From the human T2T-CHM13v2.0 reference genome, Homo sapiens, in the NCBI RefSeq assembly GCF_009914755.1, contig NC_060945.1: a stretch of DNA of 64,000 nt; one strand, written 5' to 3'. Positions 52,617 through 64,000 of the stretch are shown piece by piece. Position numbers and translations under genes: made by a program. Below the pieces are notes generated by a model. That model had not been told where the DNA came from, made no database searches, and saw only the letters and a program-made list of their open reading frames with translations. Position 1 is the stretch's first letter. The number at the start of each line of letters is the position of its first letter.

Positions 52617-53865
52617 TGTGTCGGGAATTGGTGAGTTCTTGGTCTCACTGACTTCAAGAATGAAGCCATGGACCCTCGCAGTGAGCATTACAGTTCTTAA
52701 AGGCGGTGTGTCCAGAGTTTGCTCCTTCCTCTTGTCTGGAGTTGTTCATTCCTCCTGGTGGGTTCGTGGTCTGGCTGGCTCAGGAATGAAGCTGTAGACC
52801 TTCGCGGTGAGTGTTAGAGCTCATAAAGGCAGTGTGGACCCAAAGAGTGAGCAGAAACAAGATTTATTGCAAAGAGCAAAACAACAAAGCTTCCACAGTG
52901 CAGAAGGGGACCCTAGCAGGTTACCACTGCTGGCTCAGGCAGCCTGCTTTTATTCCCTTATCTGGCCCCACCTACACCTTGCTGATTGGTCCATTTTACA
53001 GAGAGCTGATTTGTCTGTTTTACAGAGAGCTGATTGGTCCGTTTTGACAGGGTGCTGATTGGTGCATTTACAATCCCTGAGCTAGACGCAAAAGTTCTCC
53101 AAGTCCCCACTAGGTTAGCTAGACACAAAGCACTGATTGGTGCGTTTACAAACCTTGAGCTAGACACAGGTTGCTGATTGGTGCATCCACAATCCCTTAG
53201 GTAGACACAAAGATTCTCCAAGTCCCCACTAGACGCAGGAGCCCAGCTGGCTTCACCTAGTGGATCCCGCACCTGGCCACAGGTGGATCTGCCTGCCAGT
53301 CCCGCGCCATGCGCCTGCACTCCTCAGCCCTTGGGTGGTTGATGGGACTGGGAGCTGTGGAGCAGGTTGCAGTGCTCCTCGGGGAGGCTCAGGCCTTGTA
53401 GGAGCCCATGGCAGGGGGGAAGCTCAGGCATGGGAGGCTGCAAGTGCCAAGCCTTGCCCCACAGGGAGGCAGCTGAGGCCTGGCAAGAATTTGAGCGCAG
53501 CGCCAGTGGGCCAGCACTGCTGGAGGACTCAGTGCACCCCCTGCAGCTGCTGGCCCAGGTGCCAAGCCCCTCACTCTCTGGGGCCAGCGGTGCTGGCCAG
53601 TCGCTCTGAGTGCGGGTGCAATGCCCACAGCAGACCCGGTTCCCACCCGTGCACAGCAGCCCCTGTTCCCTCTGACGCCTCTCCCTCCACACCTGTCCAC
53701 AGCAGAGGGAGCTGGCTGTGGCCTCAGCCAGCCCAGAGAGGGGCCCCCACAGTGCAGCAGTAGGCTGAAGGGCTCCTCAAATGCGACCAGAGTGGGCACC
53801 AAGGCCGAGGAGGCACCAAGAGCCAGCCAGGGCTGCTAGGGCTGCCAGCACATTGTCACCTCTCA
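52617..53865 (-). mobile_element. Solo LTR12-family LTR, inverted relative to the 49103 copy, inserted in a MIR-like relic
   Basis: TGTGTCGGGAATTGG...TGTCACCTCTCA; TSD TCTT; five intact GATTGG; TTATCT and CTTTTATT promoter motifs. Confidence 0.95.
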
Positions 53866-54099
53866 TCTTTAATACAAATTTTGCTATATGCTCTAAGGCT
53901 ACAATTTTGTCTTGTTACTCTGGTAATAATACACTTTCAGGCAGTAACTTGAAAGAAAATTCAATTTTCATAAAGTCTCCGGAAAACTGGAGAAAGAGAG
54001 AATTTTATTTCAGTATTGTTGTCCTGTGGATTGGAATATGTTCTAACTCACATCATAATTCTTGAAACATTATAAAATATAAAAGCTTAAACTAATATG

Positions 54100-54224
54100 T
54101 TTAATTGACTCCAAGAGCATTAATGAAAAGTATATAAATAGGAATACATATGTAGTAATAAAAGAGAATTATCAGTCACCCTTAATTTAAGTGGTGTCTC
54201 CTTAGCTTTTAGAAGGGTAATAGG
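54100..54224 (+). repeat. 125-bp dispersed direct repeat, copy 2
   Basis: Ungapped match to 47705-47829. Confidence 0.93.
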
Positions 54225-56057
54225 TAAAGACTGTTGTGCTCAGAACACCAGAAATCTATTCGAACTAGGTGAAAATTTGCTAGTGAAGGTATTTGTGAAA
54301 ATAGAAATGCAGCTTATGTAAAACCTATTCACTTACATATGCCCACAAATACAGAAACATCTGAATGCTCAGTTTTAACCTATTCCTCAGTAGGTTAAAG
54401 TGCTCTGGGCTTACTTGTCTCTTCCTCTTGACTTGGAGAGAAGAGAAGCCTTTGCTTTTACTCGGCATGAAGGAAACTCAGGATAGTCACATCTCAACTG
54501 TTAAATGTCTGAGAGCTTTGTAATGCAAATCAGGCTGCTCCTTTTTTCTTACCAGCAACTTAATTTGGGACAGGATTGATTGACTAGAAAGTTTGCTAAT
54601 CAGTTTGAAACAAAACTAGGCTGGGGGCCAATGGAAGTTTGCCAGAACCTCCCTTCCGAAGACAAGGTCGACAGCTGGTCTCACTTTGGAAATGCTTTTG
54701 CCCATTATCTTATCATTTGGTCCATTTTATATGGTCTACATCTCAAATTACAATGTTTATTTTGAAGGCACTCCAGAGAAAAGAAAGAAAAAAAGACACC
54801 ACACATGACTTAGAGAACAGATTTTATAATACTTTGAAAATGAGGTACCTCGTTGTAAATTTAAAATCCGCCTCCTGATTGTTTTAGAGTTGATAAGTAT
54901 ATTGACGGTTGTGAATGACTGCTGAGCTGTGGCTTTTGGGTGTAGCGGATGTGACAACCTTTGTTGGTGAAGCAAAGAAAACAAGTTTGATTTGACCATG
55001 AGAACATATGAATTCCTGAACTGTTAAAAATAATAACTCTTGTTTGTGTCATTCTCCAAAGTTTTAAAATAAAATTAGATCATTGTGCCCAAACCAAAAA
55101 GTTCTGAAGTCATTGAAGTGACGGAATCATAGGATGCACTGCAGGGGCTGAAATTCCAAACCTTGTAGGGACAGGAAGGTAACGTGAATGTATGAATCGG
55201 ACTAAATGTGGATAGCAGGGAAGAGTGGGTTCTATGGAAAACTAGAAAGAATATGCTTCTAAGGATGTTCAAATTTGGATTTAGAAAACAAATACCAAGC
55301 CTGCAAAACAAGAGACCTGGAATAAATTATCAGCTTTGAAAAAATCAGAGTTTGAAAAAATATATTAATTCTTATTTCAGAGACATCCATGTAATTTAGT
55401 GTCTTTCACAAGGCAGACAAAAAGAGCTTAGGAGAGAGAGACAAAGGAAAATAGAAACAAACAAAAGGTGTTAAGCTTCTAAAAAACAGGCACTGTGTTG
55501 GGCTTTGAACATATAGAATAGCATGAATTCTCACCATGACTACCTGCAGTAGCCAGTATTATTCCCAATTCATGGATGAAAGATTCAATCTTAGAGAGTT
55601 TACGTAACTTATAACAGTAGAAAAGCAAGATTTTAATTACAAATCCTATGTTCTCTTCTCTATACTAAATGTATGAACTCAAGCAAGTTATTTATCCTCT
55701 TTATTCTTCATGTTTTAATGGGCATAATAATGGTTTATTCACTAGAATATTTTAAGAATTAAAAAAGTTAATAATTGTAAAAATTCTCACAGAATTTTTT
55801 TTATGTTTGTTGAATATGAAAGTATGATAATTACTTTTGTTGAGCAACTATCAGCATAGCAGATGTTTAAACTGTTTCTGCAGAGGGATTTGGGCAAGAC
55901 ACCTTTTATTCTTATACCTGGGTTTTATTGTGAAGTTATATCCAGTTAAGCTTGCAAGAATTTGGAGTGCAGCCTGCAGTTGTATGATGGCTGAGGAATA
56001 CAGGAACATTGTGGTTACTGTAAACATGAGAGTAATAACTGCAAACTAAGGAATAAC

Positions 56058-56089
56058 AGTATATCAATCAGGATCCTCCAAAGAAACAG

Positions 56090-56133
<44 letters not shown>

Positions 56134-56628
56134 AGATTAATTGTAGGGAATTGGCTTCCACAATTATAGAGGCTGAGAAGTCCTGTGATCTCTAGTTGGC
56201 AAGCTGAAGCCTGGAGACCTTGCAGAGCTGATGGTATAGTTCCAGCCTGTCTGAAGGCCTGAGAACCTGGAGGGCTGATGGTGTGATTTACAGTTCAAAA
56301 GCCAGTGCGCTCAAGACCCAGAAGATCTAATGTTTCCATTTGAGTCAGAAGCCAGGAAAAGACTGGTGATGTTCCAGCTCAAGCAGCCGGGCAGAAGGAG
56401 TTCCCTTGTTCCACAAGAGGGCCAGACATTTTGTTTTATTCAGGTCTTCAGTTGGTTGGATAAGATTCACCTACATTAGGAGGACAATTGGCTTTACTCT
56501 ATAAATTTAAATGTTAGTCTCCTCCTGAAACTCTCACAGCCCTCACAGACATACCAAGAATAATGTTTGGCTTAATATCTGGGCACCCTGTAGCCCAGTC
56601 AAGTTGACACATAAAAGTAATCATCACA
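56058..56628 (-). mobile_element. MLT2-family (ERVL) solo LTR containing a (TG)n microsatellite at ~56092-56129
   Basis: GGAATTGGCT...ATTATAGAGGCTGAGAAGTCC...CCCAGTCAAGTTGACACATAAAA.TAA.CATCACA. Confidence 0.85.
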
Positions 56629-57129
56629 TATGGTAATATGTAATAGGATAAGCTGTAATGAGTTAGGAAATGGTCTGATGTTAACAAAATAATAAAGAAA
56701 GCAAATGTGTTGAATGCCTATGGGAACTTGTAACGAGATAGTCATGCACATGGTGAAGAAATTTGTTAGCTGAAGAAGTTCAATACACTGGCTCCTCCAA
56801 GATAACTTTCCCACAGAAAACTTTGGGAGCTACTCAGGTATTGCATCCTCTGGGAGTAATTAACTATTCACTAACAGGAGGTTTGCGTGTAACCAGCAAC
56901 AGCAGGTAAAATTTCAGGTGCTTCTATCAAAGAACTAGAGAGATAGCTCAGCCACTGCTAGATCCTGTGCAAAGATCCCTGGAGAATGCACCTTCCCTGA
57001 GGGATGATGTGACACTTACAATATACACTGATGTATATTGTATATGTTTTATTGAGTTGGAGCCAGATGGGGTCTATTTACTCCCAGTTGATTTTCAGGA
57101 TCATCATTTTTATATATTCTCAACAAACC

Positions 57130-59200
57130 TGTCCCTCTCTCTCCTCATGGTAACCACCTGGCACAACTCTATCCCTTGTAAATCCAGCTCTCCACAGAGC
57201 TGAGTGTGGCTGGAGAAGCCCACAGTGACGCTGATTGCTCTTCCCTTACATTTGTGATCACTAACCGGGGCTGGCTGCCTGATTTGCAGGGCCCAGGGCA
57301 AAATGAAAGTGTGGGGCTGTTAATTCAGAAGACATTTTAAAAAAGCCTCATTAAATGCACTAAAATCTAAGGTGTTTTCATTTTAAAAATAATTTGTGAC
57401 TTATAAACCATAAAACAGGCAACAGTGACACACGAGAAATAACATAAACTTACAAATTGCAAAAATTATGTGTGACTCCACAGTCACACACATTAAGCCA
57501 CCAATGCAGCTGGCCCTGTCGCTAACCGCTAGTAGGCTCCTAGCACACCTGCCATTCCAATGCCTTCCCTCGCTCATTCATGTTTCTGGGAGGCTCCTTC
57601 AGATTCTCTCTCCTCTTAAGCCTCTAATGTTTTCTCTCCCATCCTCACTCTCAGTTAATGACTTTGGGGTATATGTCACTGAAAGAAAAACAAATTTAAG
57701 CCAAAACCAGAATAAGATGAGAGCTTCTGCAAACTGCTACTTCCTCATCACCCCCCACCTGGCTCTATGTCCAAACACTGTCTTCCTTTTTGTTACCCAT
57801 AAGTTAAACTGGAGCACTAAATCCCAATGTCTCTCTCGAATTTCAGCAATTCTCCTTCTACCTCCCACAATGTCGACTTTTCTGTCTCTACTGGAGTGTT
57901 CCTATCAACATGCACAGTTGAATTTTCCCATCTGGCACTACCTGTCCTGATCTTATGTTCCTTTCAAACTACTGCACTATTTCTGCTTTCTTCAGAGTGA
58001 AATTCTTTGAAAGTGTTTTCATATTTACCATCTCCAATTTTTGTCTTCATTCTTCCTCTCAGATCCACTAGGTCTGACAGTTTCCTCTGTCCTTTCACAG
58101 AAATTGCTCATTTCAAAATGTGAATATCTTCCATGTTGTTACAGCCCATGATCGATTCTTAACCCTCTTCTCACTTAGCCATGAATAGCATTTACACAGC
58201 TGGTTGTTGCCTGACCCTCAAACACTTTCTCACTTGGCTCCATGACCCCACAGGCTTCTTGGCTTCCTTCCTTCATCTTTGGCCTCATTTCTCCCTCTGC
58301 TTTGCTGGTTCCTGCTGTTCATCCTGTCCTTTACACACTGCAACAACTTAGGGGCTAGTCCTCTGACATCTTCTCTACCCGCATGTACTCCCTTAGGGAT
58401 TTCAAACAGTCTCATAGCTTTAAGCACCATCCATACACTGACGACTCCCAGATTCAAAGGTTTAGTCCAGACCTTACCCTTGAACTCCAAATGGGTATAC
58501 CCACGTACCTAGGAGATAATCCTTACACTCCCTTCTTTCTCCACTATGCTTAATTTAATCTGTCAGAACGTCTGTGATTCTATCTTCCAAATAGACCCAT
58601 AACCTGACCCCTCTTCACCACTCATCTTGCTACTCCTGGTCCAAGTCACCTCCACCTTGCACTTGGATTATGGCAACAGTCTCTTAACTGTTCTCCCTCT
58701 TCCATTGGCTCTTCTTAGTCTTCTATTCATTACATAGGGATCCTGTTAAAAGACAGGTCTGGTAATATCAGTCCTTTGTAAACATGTCCAATGGCTTCTC
58801 ACCACAATCAGTAAAAACCAAAAACCCTCCATCTGGTGGCCCCCAGCCCCTTCCTCCTCCACCTCACATGTGCTTCCTTTGCTCACCCTCTCTTGACTGC
58901 TTGCTGCTCTTCAAACATGTTAGGTTATGCTCCTTCCTCTAGGCCTCTGTCTGCAACATCCTTTCTCCAACATCTTTGTGGGTGGCTCTCTCACTTTTAC
59001 AGGTCTTGCTCATGGGCCTTCTGGCAAGCCCTTCCCTGATCACCATGCTTGCATGGCAGGCTGGCACTCTGTCTGCCCTGTTTAGTTTTCTTCATGAGAA
59101 CAGAAAGTCCTGTTTGTCTTCTTTACTGCTTTATGACCAGGGCCTAGAAGCACTTGGCACAACTAGGCATTCAGTACAGATTTATTAATTGAATGACTAA
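57130..59200 (+). mobile_element. LINE-2 relic
   Basis: Pyrimidine-rich L2 body ending CCAGGGCCTAGAAGCACTTGGCAC...TTGAATGA. Confidence 0.75.
57266..57518. mobile_element. hAT (Tip100-like) MITE inserted in L2
   Basis: Imperfect TIRs CGGGGCTGGCTGC / GCAGCTGGCCCTG; 8-bp TSD TCACTAAC/TCGCTAAC, typical hAT length. Confidence 0.8.
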
Positions 59201-60749
59201 ATAGCAGTTGTGAATCAGAACACAATGGAATCTATATCTCCAAAACTTTGTGATGAATAAAACTGGCTAAAATATGAGAATTTTATGTACCTTAGTCACA
59301 TATCATAAGATTTTCTAAGTAGAATTCATACTTGGTTGTATGTCCTAAGATCTTTTTAGGGAGGTTTCCTCTGTCTAAGGGGATTCAAAGATATCAGTGA
59401 AACCTGAAAATTGTCTTGGGTTAAGTAGTGCATTGTGGAGTACCAAATGGCATGAAAGAACAAAACTGCTGTCATTGTGACTGCCATAGTCAATGTCAAT
59501 GTTGGATATGACTGCATGAGCTGACAGCCCCTGGAGCATGTGAAATATATGAAATGCACACTGGACATAACAGAGCATTTTTGCAGGGAGCTGGACCAAC
59601 TCTTTTATATGACTAAGATGCTATTTGCAATTTATATAAAGGAAAAAAGCAAATATGCTCCATGCAGTGCCTAAAAGAGCCCTAGTGGCTTCCGGGTAGA
59701 AAGCCATCCCACTTCTCTTCAGCAGAGCATGAAATCAACCTACTACCTTTTATCAGGTTACTTACATAAAGGAATTGTGCCTATTAATAAAACATCATGC
59801 ATCTTATTTCTCCAAGAGCAATGATAACCAAACTCTCCTTTCCCGTTCCCTCTTCCTTCCTTCTCTGGGGTCACTTTTTGCTGCCCTGTGTTCTGTTCAG
59901 CATGCATTGGCCATGAGGATCAGATTGTTAGTCCAGATGACTTTGAAGTAGTTTTTCTTATGGTAAGGTTTTCTCCTAAGTCTGTAGCATAGAATCCTTG
60001 TTTTTGGGTTGATCCATGCTTAACCTGAAGATGATAGAATGCAAATTCTGCTTTATATTTGTGTATATAAATATTGCATCAGTCACATGTCCATTTTGGT
60101 GGCAACATCGTCTGTGGTTTTCTTAGCTGCCCTGGGATTGAATTTGCTTAATCATGTTCCCTTTTCTTTCAGGTTGTGCTTGGCTTCTTGCTGCCCACAC
60201 CTACTCCATGATTTCATGCTAATTTCTGCCCTTCTTCTCAGTTAGTGAAAGCTTCCCCCCACTCATTATCAGCACACTTGAATGTCCACTTAGTGTCAGA
60301 CATACAATTTTTAAAGTGAGAATTTCGTCCAGGACTTTTACAAAGCCTCTCATGTGGCCACTGACTGCAGTTAAAAAACTAGCCTGTTAGAATGGTCACC
60401 TTGACATCATAGTCCAAAAGTGTCCCAATAATGGATGTGCCAAAAAATTCTGAAACCATCATAGGAGTTAAAAAATGAGAACACCAGCCCACAAAGAATG
60501 GTATCACCCAAACATTTGGACCAAGTCCACAGTTTTTATATTTTTGTGCCACATAGCATAGACAGCCTAATATATTTAAAGTAACACTTAAAATGTACTT
60601 TAGGGATTCAAATTTTAGCTGCTTGTTTCTATTTGCTAATACAGAACATAAATTTTGAAAAAATAAACTTTTAATTGAAAATTTTACAAAAAGTAAAATA
60701 AAAAACTGCTTATATTTCCATCCAAGGGAAAGAAGATACACATAGTAAA

Positions 60750-61170
60750 TACTTTAAAAGTATGTATATTCTTTCACCCACTTTTAGGATTTATCCTAAG
60801 TATAACTAGCTGTTTTATAAAGATGTTCATCATCATTATTTAGAGTAAGAAAAAATGAACCTAAATGTTGACAGATAGAATTCACGGAGTGAGCTATGGT
60901 GCATGCACACAGTGGGGAATTATGCAGGACTGAACACTATGTTTAAAAGCATTTTTAATGGCATGTCAAACACTTATTCTAATATGGAAAATACAGTGAC
61001 TTCGTGGATATACAAAAACATCCTCATTTTTGTGTAATCGTGTATCATATATGATCCTAAGTACGTAATACTAAACATGAGAAAAAATGCTTGCTAAAAA
61101 CAGACCAAAATGTAGAGGGCTGCCACTGTGTGGTGTGATCGGGTGACTTTTTGCCTTTTAATTTATATTT
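60750..61170 (+). mobile_element. Ancient L1ME-type 3' fragment
   Basis: AGGATTTATCCTAAG...AAGATGTTCATC...AACCTAAATGT..ACA.ATAG. Confidence 0.55.
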
Positions 61171-61897
61171 TGTTGGCACAGAACATTGTTCTCATGTGCC
61201 CGAAGAGATTTAAAGATGATCTTGAGATGATTAGCCTCCTCTCAGAGTCCTGCCGGGGTAGATAACAGGGAAGATTGGGGCAGGTCAGAGGTGACTCTGG
61301 GACGTTTGTGCTTGGTGCCCTGCTGCAAGGGACAGCAGCTCTGCAGCTCCAGCCCACTGTTTGTCACAGGTCCTTGGTGACTGTCTTACCAGTTATTTTC
61401 AAATTCAAGATAAAATGGAGATACAGACTTTCACATAAAACTTTCTACATTTAACTACCAGCAATTACATTTTTTGTCATAAAACAAAGGGTAGGTCAAA
61501 CAAAACGTCTTAAGAGTAAATCTGTCTACAATGTGTTCAGGAAACGAACACAGGTCAGGTTTATGTGGAAGATATCCAGGGCGTAGCACATCTGCTGGAA
61601 GCATTTCAGTCATGAGCACAGCTGGGTATTGGCCGTGAACCTGGTGTGCATTGAATACACATCCCCGTGGCCCCTACAGTGCATTCCCTGTGGATAGTTT
61701 ATTAGGTTTCCTTTATTCCCTTCATCTATTCTTCCCTTTCCTTTCTTCCTTCCTCTTTTTTTGCCTCCCTCTCTCTCTTCCTGTCTTTATTAAATATGTG
61801 GGATGCAGATTTGATGAATATGTCAATCAAAGATCACCAAGAAGTCTTAAAACAGGTAAACCACAGAAAACAGTCAGGATCAGAATAAGAACAGTTT

Positions 61898-62877
<980 letters not shown>

Positions 62878-63419
62878 TTCAGGCTCCTTTCTGAGCTGAT
62901 TATGTAGCTGAGCACGTTGAACGTCATGTGATTGAGAACCTGCCCCTTCCAGCCTTCATCTCTTCCATTAGCTTCCCTAAACCATTCATTTTTTAGGGCA
63001 TTATTTTCTATCAAATACAAACACCAGTGGAAGAGAGAACACATGAAGCCATTAGTAGTTTAATGCCTTAATGTGAATAAATTTACTTCATTTCAATTTG
63101 AGAGTCCATGGGGTCACAAAGGAGATGAAAGAGAAAGTACAAGAGCCAGACATAAGGTTGGAAAGAACCCTGTCCCCAGTGAAAGGCCAATTTTTTCTTT
63201 CACAGCATCATCTTGGAACAACCTGCTTTCTGGATTCTTAGCTCACAAGTTTGAAAAGGAGCCATTCCCTGATCTATTTTAATTGCTTATCTTCAAAAAC
63301 TATCTGAACTAAGGTACCCTGTGGCTACTACCTTCCAATTTAGGACTCAGGTTTCCAGGAAAAGAAAAGAGTTACAACTACTAATAAAAGTCAGTCAAAG
63401 TAACTGCTCCCCTTTGAAA

Positions 63420-63640
63420 GTTTCAGCTCTTATTTTAGATATGGGGGTTCACATGCAGGTGTGTTACATGGGTGTATTACACCCAGCTAGTGAGTATTGT
63501 ACCCCTGGGTAGTTTTTCAATGCATGCCCCTCCCTTCTTTGCCCCCCGCAGTCCACAGCGCCTGTTGTTCCCATGTGTACGTCCATGTGTGCTCAATGCA
63601 TAGCTTGGAGCTCCCACCTATAACTGAGAACATGCAGCGT
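63420..63640 (-). mobile_element. L1PA (older primate) 3' end fragment
   Basis: TTATTTTAGATATGGGGGTTCACATGCAGGT.TGTTACATGGGT...GCTCCCAC.TATAA.TGAGAACATGCAG. Confidence 0.85.
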
Positions 63641-64000
63641 TTAAATCCCACTAATTTCTATGAAAAAGTATTTCTGTTGATAACCCTGCAGGAAGCTCTT
63701 TATTAATGTCTTCATCCTTTAAACCTACTTAGCCCTATGCTGCTTTAGTCACCTGTACTTTTTTAAAAAAACTATTTTTTTCTCTCATTCTGACTTACTT
63801 ATCCTTACATGCATTGCTATTTCTTCATTCCTAAGGAAGTACGCATTCGATTTAAGCATCTGTGCTAAGACATCCTTGGAAATTAAATTCTAGTCTTTTT
63901 TAATGGGGCAAAATGGAAATATAATCTCAGGTAATGCTTTCCAGTTCAGCTTACTGCTGGTTTTCGCAGATGGAATTATAAACATACTTAATCAGAGGGA

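Noticed and set aside
49103-53865. Single provirus bounded by two LTR12s
   Set aside because: LTRs are inverted, have different TSDs and there is no gag/pol/env between them
60379-60460. Minus peptide LLDYDVKVTILTG resembling PFK LGYDTRVTILG
   Set aside because: Short match and in the wrong order relative to the 5850-5945 motif

Overview
Primate (human-like) genomic DNA, apparently intronic or intergenic. I find no intact protein-coding gene, tRNA, rRNA or CRISPR array; the ORF track is explained by decayed L1/Tigger frames, Alu/LTR sequence and minisatellite read-through. The window holds decayed L1 copies (mostly minus strand), eight Alus, L2/MIR relics, hAT and Tigger DNA-transposon fossils, several solo LTRs (THE1, LTR2, MLT2, two LTR12), a retroposed U1 snRNA pseudogene, four minisatellites (28, 35, 61, 51 bp units) and many two-copy tandem duplications. 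One strong 22-nt plus-strand candidate micro-exon and the antisense bias of L1s suggest a long intron of a plus-strand gene that I cannot name. The most interesting unexplained structure: (i) two convergent, TSD-intact solo LTR12 promoters bracketed by a 125-bp direct repeat; (ii) a ~57-bp-arm palindrome visible only after excising a THE1 LTR; (iii) strong AT-to-GC shift of old repeats on both sides of the 61-bp minisatellite, suggesting a recombination hotspot; (iv) a two-period minisatellite with a near-PRDM9 motif. Repeat subfamily names are from recalled consensus sequences and boundaries without TSDs are approximate. I cannot claim a new biological system; these are testable structural observations.
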